Source: Candidatus Sericytochromatia bacterium (GTDB taxonomy: Bacteria; Cyanobacteriota; Sericytochromatia; S15B-MN24; JAQBPE01). From it: 61,705 bases of DNA. Position 1 is the stretch's first letter. Every line of letters begins with the position of its first letter. The notes below the pieces were generated by a model that worked only from the letters and a program-made list of their open reading frames with translations, did no database searches and was not told where the DNA came from. The translations under genes were made by a program, and so were the position numbers. Shown piece by piece: positions 48,035-56,386 of the stretch. Where the stretch lies: positions 1 to 61,705 of the forward strand of contig JBBAPZ010000020.1 of the NCBI GenBank assembly GCA_040400605.1, read 5' to 3'.

Positions 48035-48626
48035 CGTCACCCTCCAGTATCTCTTCGAAATCAGCATCGGTGATGCCTAGCTCTTCGTCGAGGTCCATGC
48101 CCAGTGGCTTCATATCTATGACGTCTGCATTCAGCAGGCGCTTGACCCGGTCCGTAATGGCCTTCTCGAGGCCTTCAGGCGAGTTGTAGTTGACGTTAAT
48201 CTCACTACGGTCAGTGAATAGCCCGACATCTGAGTGCTTGCCGAGCAGCTCAATGGCTTTCAACTCGTACTTAATTTCGCCACAATCGGCAATCTCAAGC
48301 AGCTTATTAGTCAGTGCAGTGCGCACTTGGCTCGCATCCATCGCCCGGCCTTGGCCATAAGTACGTAGGAAAGCCGCAGCGCCAAGGGCAGCAGGCAGGC
48401 TCTGGGTCAACGGGGTTATTTTCTGGTTGTCGATGGCTGCATCTAGCAGTGCCGCTTCTTCTTCGACGTTGTCCTTAGACAACTCTACTGGGGCACCCAG
48501 CTGCTCAAGCAGCTCGGCTGTGTTTCCTACGGACGCTAATTTATCGGCAAAATTGTCGAAGTCTTCATCAGACAGGTCAAATGGCACTGGATATTCCGTG
48601 CTCGGTTCGGCTTTTATAATAGGCAC
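48021..48626 (-). CDS. Terminase small subunit (putative)
   Basis: LKAIELLGKHSDVGLF motif; upstream of terL. Confidence 0.65.
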   Translation of the reverse strand: MPIIKAEPSTEYPVPFDLSDEDFDNFADKLASVGNTAELLEQLGAPVELSKDNVEEEAALLDAAIDNQKITPLTQSLPAALGAAAFLRTYGQGRAMDASQVRTALTNKLLEIADCGEIKYELKAIELLGKHSDVGLFTDRSEINVNYNSPEGLEKAITDRVKRLLNADVIDMKPLGMDLDEELGITDADFEEILEGDDGEA

Positions 48627-48716
48627 GTATGTAAGCTCCGCTTGTAGGAGGCTGAGATAAGTTTATGCGCACGCCGTGTAGCAGTGTAGGTGGGAGAAGA
48701 AAAGAGAAAAATTAAA

Positions 48717-49073
48717 TTACCCGCGATGCGTCCAGCCACCGCGCTCGTACGTCTTCTTCCTGTGGCAGTTGGCACAGCGCACCTCGCACTTGGCTATCTC
48801 TGCCTTTATTTTGGGCATTCCGTACCCCAACCGGGTCGCGTCTGATATGGAGAAGTGCTTGTCGTCGCCTATATGGTCAAACTCAAGCACGATAATGTCC
48901 GCCTCACCGCAGTCTACGCAGGGGTTGGCTTCTAGGTGGGCCTTTATGTAGGCGCGTACGCGGTCTTTGGCTATCTTGCTGTACTTCTTCGCACTGGCAA
49001 CGACTTTGGCACGATGCTTCGCGTAGTATCTGCGGCTCGCTTCTCGCTGTTTGGTTATGTCCTTAAACGGCAT
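48717..49073 (-). CDS. HNH endonuclease
   Basis: CVDCG, LEFDH, KCEVRCANCH; adjacent to terminase genes. Confidence 0.85.
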   Translation of the reverse strand: MPFKDITKQREASRRYYAKHRAKVVASAKKYSKIAKDRVRAYIKAHLEANPCVDCGEADIIVLEFDHIGDDKHFSISDATRLGYGMPKIKAEIAKCEVRCANCHRKKTYERGGWTHRG

Positions 49074-49420
49074 GGGTGGGGTGCGTAGCATGAAAAGGGG
49101 TGGTGGGAAACTGAGGAAAACCACCACCCCCCCACCTTGGCGGGTAAAAAATAATACCATGTGGGTCGGGCATGTCAAGGTACCATCGACGGGGGGTCTG
49201 GCTGTATTAAGCGGCAGCGAACCGGTGGCTGGAAAAAGAGGGGGTGGGGGGTATGGTTTTCAAAATTGTCTCATCGACTGTGCAAAATAGTAATACTAGA
49301 GAGCGGCGGAGTCCCAATGCCCCCATAGGGGGGTCGGGGGGCGGTGGGGAGCGCGATAACCAAGGTTACACGACCCTGCCCCCTGTTTTTCCCTTATAAA
49401 TCAGTCACTTACATAACCGC

Positions 49421-49450
49421 TTGACATAAATGTCATACATAACCCATAAA
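49421..49450 (+). promoter_or_regulatory. Candidate promoter for 49497 gene with palindrome over the -35
   Basis: TTGACA 49421-26; TGACAT-AA-ATGTCA inverted repeat; weak -10 (CATAAA). Confidence 0.45.
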
Positions 49451-49496
49451 GAAGGGGCAGCGAATAACCGCTGTGATTAAATAAGGAATATGTAAC

Positions 49497-50051
49497 ATGG
49501 TAACAGTAACAGCAAAGAAAGTCACCAAGGCACAGCGTCTGCGTAACAACACGACCAAGGCTATTGCGCTTGCGGATAAGGCGGCGATTAACGTCACCAT
49601 AGAAGAGGCCATTGTGAAGGCTGTATACGGCGTTAAACAAGGGGAAGCGGCTAGCCGCGTGCTGGCCTTCACGCTAGAGGCGGATTTTGGCCCTACATGG
49701 CATTTGATGGACGCGGGCAATATGCGTTCCGACAATGAGAAAGCGGTTTTCGCTAGGCTCGAAACGTTCCGCAAAAACTGCCAAGACCTAGCCTTGGAGA
49801 AAGGCCTGTCCAATATCAACAAGCCGTGGAGCGATGCGAAGGCTAAGCAACGAGAAAAGAACCAAGGCGGACGCCCTAATGACAAGGTTGTCAAGCAATG
49901 GGATACAGTCACCCATGACGCATTGCGGAAGCGCTATAAGGACGGCATGAAAGAAGGCCGCCTAGTTACGGACGCAGAAAATAGCCTTAACTTCAAGATT
50001 GGCGAATTATTAGTCGAGTTTTTCAAAGAAGATTTAACCAAACTAGGTTAA
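49497..50051 (+). CDS. Stand-alone hypothetical protein
   Basis: TAAGGA RBS; own promoter and terminator. Confidence 0.7.
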   Translation: MVTVTAKKVTKAQRLRNNTTKAIALADKAAINVTIEEAIVKAVYGVKQGEAASRVLAFTLEADFGPTWHLMDAGNMRSDNEKAVFARLETFRKNCQDLALEKGLSNINKPWSDAKAKQREKNQGGRPNDKVVKQWDTVTHDALRKRYKDGMKEGRLVTDAENSLNFKIGELLVEFFKEDLTKLG

Positions 50052-50059
50052 TCAAGACA

Positions 50060-50092
50060 GCCCCGCTGGTTTCGGCCAGCGGGGTTTTTTTT
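50060..50092 (+). terminator. Intrinsic terminator
   Basis: CCCCGCTGGT-TTCG-GCCAGCGGGG followed by T8. Confidence 0.9.
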
Positions 50093-50272
50093 GTGCCCAG
50101 CGTCCGCGCTATGATAGAAGTCATGCGAGTGTGTGCGAGCCACTTACATGGCGCGTCAATGATAGTTGAGATTAGAGCGCGTGTGTAAGAGCGTAACCGA
50201 GGTTATCACCGATTGGTTCGCGCCTGCCTATGGTCTCGCTTAGCGATGTAACCGTGGTTATCGAAGTAACCA

Positions 50273-50420
50273 AACCGTTAGGTTGAACTCAACCTAACGT
50301 CCCAGAGCGGACAAGTCAACAAGAAAAATGCTGGCTATGATAGAAGTTTTGGGAGCGTGTGGGCGAATGCCCGAACCGTTAGGTTGAACTCAACCTAACG
50401 TCCAAAATGGGCAAAGTCAA
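50273..50420 (-). promoter_or_regulatory. Two tandem leftward sigma70-type promoters, each with -10 inside a 24-bp palindrome
   Basis: TTGACT-17-TAGGTT at 50319-50291 and 50420-50392; palindrome CGTTAGGTTGA-AC-TCAACCTAACG at 50276-99 and 50377-400. Confidence 0.65.
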
Positions 50421-50787
50421 CGAAAAAATACAAAGTAGGCAAAATAACCTAAAGTTATTGGCAATGTAAGAAAACAAATCTCGGAAACCGGCCTTAGAGC
50501 TGGTATTGTGTAAAGTTATAAAGTTATTGGGTTGTGAAGCCGGATTTTGATTTTTGACAGTGGCAATCTGTCCGACCCCTTCCATGCAGTGCGAAAGGCA
50601 AAAAGGAGCGGGCTCTCTATTTTCTTAATAACATTATAACTTTAAAACTATACTATACTACTACTACCCAAAAACCCAACTTCTCTGCGGCTCTCCAGCG
50701 CTCACCCTTTTGTAAGAAAACTAATGAGGGTTTTTGAACATTCCACAAACGCCTACTTTGCAAGCCCGTCCCCAAACAGACCCTCAT

Positions 50788-50819
50788 CTATTGACATGAG
50801 CTACTTAATGTGCTACATT
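50788..50819 (+). promoter_or_regulatory. Early promoter copy 1
   Basis: TTGACA-17-TACATT; 28/30 identical to 54978-55007. Confidence 0.8.
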
Positions 50820-50854
50820 AAAAAGAAAAAACAACGGAAAACAGGAGCGACTTC

Positions 50855-51076
50855 GTGAAGCCAGTCAAACCACACTATTTCGATGTAACCTCGGTTACAG
50901 ACATGAACGAGCTAACCGCCAGTTATGGAGCGCATCAAGCGTGGACCATTGCGGTAACCCAGTTACGTCGTCGTGAGGCAGCTGCCCGCGACCGTAAGCA
51001 CAAGCAGTATCTACGACTGATGCTGTTAAACGCAGAGACGCAGCTGAAGCTGCATAACCAAGGAGCAATCCAATGA
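50855..51076 (+). CDS. Hypothetical early protein
   Basis: AGGAG RBS then GTG; first ORF after the promoter. Confidence 0.55.
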   Translation: MKPVKPHYFDVTSVTDMNELTASYGAHQAWTIAVTQLRRREAAARDRKHKQYLRLMLLNAETQLKLHNQGAIQ

Positions 51077-51276
51077 CACAAGTCTTGTGCAAAGACTGTT
51101 ACGACCCGTTCCCCGTCGAGCGGTTCCGCTTGGGCTACACTACGTGCTTAGCCTGCGGCGACAAACAAGCCCGTGCAGTTACACACTGCACAGCGCCAAT
51201 CAACAAGAGCAACTACATGCTCATAACCAACCACGCAGAACTCGCGCAACTCAACCCCAAGAGGACAACAGCATGA
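51073..51276 (+). CDS. C4 zinc-finger protein (DksA/TraR-like finger)
   Basis: CKDC-x15-CLAC with PVER; AAGGAGCA RBS. Confidence 0.65.
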   Translation: MTQVLCKDCYDPFPVERFRLGYTTCLACGDKQARAVTHCTAPINKSNYMLITNHAELAQLNPKRTTA

Positions 51277-51500
51277 TGGACCGTTTTTTCGATATTGTGA
51301 CGTTCAGGAAGGACACAGGCGGTATCACTTGGCAGCGGTCCGACAAGCTCAACCTGTTCGATGCGCTCACTAAATTCATAGTGGAAGGCAAGACGACCGA
51401 GATATTGGGCCGCTATCCAGACACACCAGACCTAGATACTCGCGTAGCCATAGCAATGGCACAACGTGCAGCGCACGAACACGAGGAGCAAGACAGGTGA
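51273..51500 (+). CDS. Hypothetical protein
   Basis: ATGA overlap, GAGG RBS. Confidence 0.55.
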   Translation: MMDRFFDIVTFRKDTGGITWQRSDKLNLFDALTKFIVEGKTTEILGRYPDTPDLDTRVAIAMAQRAAHEHEEQDR

Positions 51501-51706
51501 TAAAAGAGTTCTACCGCTACGTGCTTAGTTTCTACGGACCTTACGGCCTCTACCCGATGGGCGTGACGCTTGGCGATGTGAAGGCAGCGACCAAGATACA
51601 CTTGGAGCGCACACGCGTGCCCTTCGAAGGGGACAGCATGGATAGAGAGCAAGTGCGCGACATACTCATAGCGATGTTCAACTACAAATGGCCGGAGGCA
51701 GCGTGA
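51497..51706 (+). CDS. Hypothetical protein
   Basis: GAGGAGCA RBS; FEGDSMDREQVRD motif. Confidence 0.6.
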   Translation: MIKEFYRYVLSFYGPYGLYPMGVTLGDVKAATKIHLERTRVPFEGDSMDREQVRDILIAMFNYKWPEAA

Positions 51707-51876
51707 TGAAGAAATCAAAACTAAACGTCGATGACCCGACAGGCTGGGTAGGGCTTGACCGCTACCATGCAGCCATTGCCGAAATAGAAGCCAACATGCC
51801 CGTCGAAGTGCCAGACGAACTCAAAAGTATGAGCATGGCGCAGATATACGAGAAACTGAAGGGGCAAGACCAATGA
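51706..51876 (+). CDS. Hypothetical protein
   Basis: GGAGG RBS, TGATG overlap. Confidence 0.55.
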   Translation: MKKSKLNVDDPTGWVGLDRYHAAIAEIEANMPVEVPDELKSMSMAQIYEKLKGQDQ

Positions 51877-51968
51877 ACACCCTACTACACGTAGCAGCCG
51901 AGATATTCTTCACAAGCGCAGGCATCTTCGCAATCTGGGCGATACATACAACTATCAAGGGGCGGTGA
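51873..51968 (+). CDS. Small hydrophobic peptide (31 aa; not in ORF track)
   Basis: MNTLLHVAAEIFFTSAGIFAIWAIHTTIKGR; ATGA overlap. Confidence 0.45.
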   Translation: MNTLLHVAAEIFFTSAGIFAIWAIHTTIKGR

Positions 51969-51969
51969 C

Positions 51970-52236
51970 ATGGCCGACAAAAAGCCAAAGAAACCCAAGC
52001 TATGGGTGCTGGACGTAGAGAAATCTACATGGGACTATGGCGAATACGCAGTCACAGTAACCAAGCGGCAAGTGGACAAGCTACCCAAATGGGTGCGCAA
52101 TGCAGGCCCACGGTGGTTTGGTACGGCTAACAACAAGCACGTCTACACACATATCGAAGCCAAGGACGAGTTAGAAGCAATGGCGCGGTTCTACAAACTG
52201 TGGGCCGCACTGAAATCAATAGAAGAGGAGAAGTAA
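51970..52236 (+). CDS. Hypothetical protein with DE[LM]xA motif
   Basis: HIEAKDELEAMARF near C-terminus. Confidence 0.6.
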   Translation: MADKKPKKPKLWVLDVEKSTWDYGEYAVTVTKRQVDKLPKWVRNAGPRWFGTANNKHVYTHIEAKDELEAMARFYKLWAALKSIEEEK

Positions 52237-52237
52237 C

Positions 52238-52666
52238 ATGGGTTACAGGTCAGAGGTAGATGTAGTCTTCTACGTGCATAGCGAGAGCAACACAGCATAC
52301 CCGTTACTCAAGCTATGGTTTGATGCGAACTACCCGCATATTGAAGCGAAGCGCGAGTGGTGTGCCACCATCCAGTATGACGAGGAGAACCGAGCCATCT
52401 TGGTCGGTTACCAAGACGTCAAATGGTATGATGCCTACGAACACCCGCAAGCGGTGAACAAGGCGTTCGACGACATCGACGAGCTAGCAAGTAAATATAT
52501 AGCCAAAGACGACACAGACACCGTGCCGTTCGACATAGCATGGGAGTTCGTAAGGATAGGAGAGGAAGACGATGACATAGAGACACGAGCCAGCGAGAAC
52601 GCAGACTTTGTAATAGCGGTAAACCGCTCAACAGAAATATCATTCACACAGAGGAAACCAACATGA
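52238..52666 (+). CDS. Hypothetical protein
   Basis: GAGGAG RBS; MGYRSEV, KWY, FVRIGEEDDD. Confidence 0.7.
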   Translation: MGYRSEVDVVFYVHSESNTAYPLLKLWFDANYPHIEAKREWCATIQYDEENRAILVGYQDVKWYDAYEHPQAVNKAFDDIDELASKYIAKDDTDTVPFDIAWEFVRIGEEDDDIETRASENADFVIAVNRSTEISFTQRKPT

Positions 52667-52842
52667 CATTTGAAGAGAAACAAGCACTGCGCGAGATGCG
52701 CGACGACATGGTCGATGACAACGACAAGAAGCTAATCCGCAAAGCGGTCAGCCACATCTACGACCTAGAGCACAAGCTGACAGCGATACGGGTGTTTGCA
52801 AAGGCCATCGACGCCGAAGCTAAAATCAAGGGAGAAGAATAA
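52663..52842 (+). CDS. Small hypothetical protein (59 aa; not in ORF track)
   Basis: GAGG RBS; overlaps both neighbours. Confidence 0.55.
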   Translation: MTFEEKQALREMRDDMVDDNDKKLIRKAVSHIYDLEHKLTAIRVFAKAIDAEAKIKGEE

Positions 52843-53078
52843 TGGGCAATCCCTTAACCGCAGTTAAGAGCTGGCTGACGTTCCACTTGGTTAAGATAGC
52901 GTCACAGTTGGACGGTGAGTTATTCACGCGTCTGTGCGAGGTAACAGTCATCGCGCACCACAGGGAAGCCATAGAGGCAGCACTAGAGGCGGCACAGGAC
53001 GCATGGCGTCTCCAGCAAGAACACGACTACGACTATAACTATGAGAGGGAAGACAATGCCAAGCCAACAACCCACTAA
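52842..53078 (+). CDS. Hypothetical protein
   Basis: GGAG RBS, TAATG overlap. Confidence 0.55.
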   Translation: MGNPLTAVKSWLTFHLVKIASQLDGELFTRLCEVTVIAHHREAIEAALEAAQDAWRLQQEHDYDYNYEREDNAKPTTH

Positions 53079-53316
53079 ACTACACATCAAAATAGGCACA
53101 GTGTTGCCGGGCCGCGAGAATGACGACGCGGATATAGCTACTATCAAGATGCTAGAGACCGTCCTCGACCTGCGCAGCCAACTACGCGCACTCGAACCGC
53201 AGCTTAGCAAAGCAATAACCGAGTTCGGCTTGCGCCGTGGACAAAGCGGTTACCGCGAGTTCTACCTACGCAACGAGCTGAACGCTCAAACATACACGGA
53301 GAAGCTAAATGACTGA
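53056..53316 (+). CDS. Hypothetical protein
   Basis: GAGG RBS; operon packing. Confidence 0.55.
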   Translation: MPSQQPTKLHIKIGTVLPGRENDDADIATIKMLETVLDLRSQLRALEPQLSKAITEFGLRRGQSGYREFYLRNELNAQTYTEKLND

Positions 53317-53512
53317 GCAACCAACCAAAGACCGCAGCTACTACCGGAAGCTGCCCACGTCCGAGCTATGGGAGTTGACCCGCTACAGCACCGACGCAAA
53401 CTGGCACGAGCTGGCTATTGTGTTAGGTGAGCGGCTAGAGACTGTGCGTGCCGAGGTAGAAGCTACGTTCTACGAGGACTTCGAGTGCCCACGTTGCGGG
53501 TTCGTGAAATGA
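53309..53512 (+). CDS. Hypothetical protein
   Basis: GGAG RBS; C-terminal CPRCG. Confidence 0.55.
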   Translation: MTEQPTKDRSYYRKLPTSELWELTRYSTDANWHELAIVLGERLETVRAEVEATFYEDFECPRCGFVK

Positions 53513-53856
53513 CGGGCCGCGTGAAGATAACACCGCCTCTAGCAGAGGAAAGCTGGTCGGAAGAGAACCTTGAGGTGCATCCGTCAGTGGCACTGTTGGT
53601 AGCGCGGATGGAGAGTAACCCAGAGGAGTTCTATGAGCGCACAGGCAAGACAACGGACTCGTCGGGCAGAGCCATACGCCCCACAGGCAGCTACCCTAAC
53701 GCAGCGTGGGGCATGCACAAGATGCACATAGACCAAGTCAAAACACACTGGAACCGCAAGGAGAAGCGGCTCTACAACGAGGCACTGCGTAAGATACGCA
53801 TGGAAGAATACCACCAGAAGCTGGTGGCTATGTTATTAGAAGGGAAGAACCAGTGA
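53509..53856 (+). CDS. Hypothetical protein, paralog of 1805..2368
   Basis: HPSVALLVARMESNPEEF. Confidence 0.65.
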   Translation: MTGRVKITPPLAEESWSEENLEVHPSVALLVARMESNPEEFYERTGKTTDSSGRAIRPTGSYPNAAWGMHKMHIDQVKTHWNRKEKRLYNEALRKIRMEEYHQKLVAMLLEGKNQ

Positions 53857-54044
53857 CACCGGAGCATAAAGCCAAACTACTCGCGGCTATCTACGAGTTA
53901 CGCGCCCACCAACAGGAGAAGGACCGGAACGTCGCTAAGATACTACGTTTAATACTGGAGGTTATGGCCGACCCACGCCACGAACACAGGGCCGCGATGT
54001 CTACAATCGTGCGTAACCTGATAACATCGCTAGAAGCACAGTAA
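53853..54044 (+). CDS. Hypothetical protein
   Basis: GTGA overlap. Confidence 0.5.
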   Translation: MTPEHKAKLLAAIYELRAHQQEKDRNVAKILRLILEVMADPRHEHRAAMSTIVRNLITSLEAQ

Positions 54045-54066
54045 CAACCAAAGAGGAGCAAATATC

Positions 54067-54957
54067 ATGTTAAACTGGAGAACATACAACGCACTACCCC
54101 GCCTACGCAGCTACACAGAAGCACTGGCCCATTGGGAAAAAACCATACCAATCAGAGGCGATGCAAACGGGACCAAGCCGGTGGGTAGGCGCGACCAGAA
54201 ATGGCTAAGCATCTACAAGAGGGAAACCGATAACGCCATATGCGTCGGCAGTGTGTGGCAAAAGGAGCGACCTCTACTAGCTTACTACCCAGACGGGCGC
54301 GTGGCTATCGAGGCTAACATCGGTGCATCATGTCGTGAGCGCATCCAGCGTATCGCAGGACTAAACATCCAGCGTAAGCACAACGAGGACTGGGTGGTGG
54401 CCAAGGCGTATGTAGATGGTGAAGAAGTCCTAGGACACTACCCACTGCAGCTGCGCTATAATAACCCACGCAAGGCGGCGTTCATCCTGCATGAGAACCA
54501 GTCACCGACATACCTCAACCCCGTGCCTGTCTATCAGCACACCGTGAACAAGAAGGTGAAGGCAGAGATAACCGCACGTTACAAGACGTTCCTCAAATAC
54601 GTCGAGGCGATGGCTAAACTAAGCGCGGTCGAGGCGTCGGATAATCCGATACTGCCAACTGTGAGTTGGGACGAGAGCAGGAAGCTGGGCATACCCGACA
54701 CACCCTTGATTAACCGCTACAACAGCACCGACGAGATACGAGCGCAGTTCCTTGACTTAGTAGACAGCGGCGACACCGAGCTGTGGCACAAAGCGATGAT
54801 GTGGCTAGCCCGTAGTTACTGGCGGATGAATTTGAGTGAAGCACAACTCAACTTCAACCACATACTGCACTACCACCATCGTAACGTCCTGTTCACCAAG
54901 GTTAAGGCAGAAGCAGGCAAGCTGGTGCACGACCGCTACGCCCGATATTTCCGCTAA
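54067..54957 (+). CDS. Hypothetical protein (296 aa)
   Basis: GAGGAGCA RBS; long ORF. Confidence 0.75.
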   Translation: MLNWRTYNALPRLRSYTEALAHWEKTIPIRGDANGTKPVGRRDQKWLSIYKRETDNAICVGSVWQKERPLLAYYPDGRVAIEANIGASCRERIQRIAGLNIQRKHNEDWVVAKAYVDGEEVLGHYPLQLRYNNPRKAAFILHENQSPTYLNPVPVYQHTVNKKVKAEITARYKTFLKYVEAMAKLSAVEASDNPILPTVSWDESRKLGIPDTPLINRYNSTDEIRAQFLDLVDSGDTELWHKAMMWLARSYWRMNLSEAQLNFNHILHYHHRNVLFTKVKAEAGKLVHDRYARYFR

Positions 54958-54977
54958 GTCGTAGTGCGGAGCCAAAC

Positions 54978-55009
54978 CTATTGACTTGAGCTACTTTATG
55001 TGCTACAAC
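54978..55009 (+). promoter_or_regulatory. Early promoter copy 2
   Basis: TTGACT-17-TACAAC; GCTACAAC fits the Caulobacter-type -10 GCTANAWC. Confidence 0.8.
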
Positions 55010-55103
55010 AATAGGACAATAGAGAGTCACCTAAGTGACCAACGAGTAAGAGTAACAACCAACCAAGCCCAGACAAAAGTCTGGCACTAACAAGGAGCAT
55101 AAC

Positions 55104-56177
55104 ATGACTGCATTAAACTTCGGCACAACTGTGTCACTCACAGAGGCAGCTAACCTCGTAATCAGCTGCCCTAACAACCGGTTCTTCCTGCGTGGTGAGC
55201 CGGGCATCGGTAAGTCTTCTATCATGGGCGCTATGGAGCGGCACTTCGGTGACGCATACGCCTTCGCATATTTTGACTGTGCGCAGGCCGACCTTGGCGA
55301 CATCGCCATGCCGAGTATCAACCGTGACCAGCAAGTCACCGAGTATTTTCCCAACGCTATCCTGCAGTTACAGACGGGCAAGCCTGTGGTTATTATGCTA
55401 GACGAGTTCACCAAGGCACCGCAGCCCGTGCAGAATATGCTTCACCCGTTGCTCGAAGCGCGTAACCCACGCTTGGGTAACATAGCACTACCCGCAGGTT
55501 CCATCGTGTTCCTGACTGGCAACATGGCGTCAGATGGTGTGGGTGACAACATCAAGGCGCATACGCTCAATCGCGTAACTACGGTTACGGTTCGCAAGCC
55601 AGACGCAGACGAGTGGTTGGCATGGGCAGTCACACACGACATCGACCCAGTTGTCATGGCTTGGGTTAACCAGTTCCCGCATGCGATGGCGTCCTACATG
55701 GATGGTGACCAAGAGAGTAACCCATACATCTTCAATCCCAAGCGGATGCAGGGTAGCTTCGTATCAGGTCGGTCGTTGCAGCTGGCGTCTAACGACGTAC
55801 TCAAGCAGCGTGACAAGCTCACGGCCAACGCGCTACTCGCTGCGATGGTGGGCACAATCGGTGAGTCTGCTGCGCGGGATATGCACGCCTTCGTCGAGTA
55901 TCAGGACCAGCTACCTACGTGGGACGACATCGTCAAAGACCCAGCCAAAGCCAAGCTGCCTGACAGCCCCGGCGCATGCGCCGTTATGGTCTTCGGTGCC
56001 ATTGCCAAGATTGAGCGCAACACAATCACGTCGTTCATGGAGTATGTCGAGCGCATGGCACCAGAGTGGCAAGCTGTGTTTGCAATCAACCTGTCTAAGA
56101 ACCCAGACAAGAAGCAGATTGGTTACACCTCCGCCAAGTTCCGTGATTGGGCATTGGCTAACGTGGACATCCTGTGA
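55104..56177 (+). CDS. MoxR-like AAA+ ATPase
   Basis: Walker A GEPGIGKS, Walker B MLDEF, TGN, LNR, SGRS. Confidence 0.88.
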   Translation: MTALNFGTTVSLTEAANLVISCPNNRFFLRGEPGIGKSSIMGAMERHFGDAYAFAYFDCAQADLGDIAMPSINRDQQVTEYFPNAILQLQTGKPVVIMLDEFTKAPQPVQNMLHPLLEARNPRLGNIALPAGSIVFLTGNMASDGVGDNIKAHTLNRVTTVTVRKPDADEWLAWAVTHDIDPVVMAWVNQFPHAMASYMDGDQESNPYIFNPKRMQGSFVSGRSLQLASNDVLKQRDKLTANALLAAMVGTIGESAARDMHAFVEYQDQLPTWDDIVKDPAKAKLPDSPGACAVMVFGAIAKIERNTITSFMEYVERMAPEWQAVFAINLSKNPDKKQIGYTSAKFRDWALANVDIL

Positions 56178-56386
56178 CCGAGGAGCTTCACGTCGTGGAT
56201 GTGAAGTCGGGTGAGGTTGGTGGCTTTTGGGAGGTTCATCTGTCCAACGGTTACGTCGTACACGTACTTAAGACACGATGCCCCGACGAGCTATCCGCAT
56301 ACGCATACGCAACTAACAGACTAAAGGAGGAGCAAGCCAATGGCACTAACAGCCGAGCTTCACGTCGTGGATGTGAAGCCGAGTAG
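56174..56386 (+). CDS. Small protein, duplication copy 1
   Basis: ELHVVDVK..WEVHLS..CPDELSAY; GTGA overlap. Confidence 0.6.
   Translation: MTEELHVVDVKSGEVGGFWEVHLSNGYVVHVLKTRCPDELSAYAYATNRLKEEQANGTNSRASRRGCEAE

Noticed and set aside
49401..49912. - strand ORFs 49433..49912 and 49401..49640 as products of the leftward promoters
   Set aside because: Antisense to 49497..50051, which has the RBS, promoter and terminator; no recognisable motifs
50273..50402. Possible mini-CRISPR array (two 30-bp palindromic repeats)
   Set aside because: Only two copies with a ~71-bp spacer; similarity extends to a -35 box at fixed distance; no cas genes
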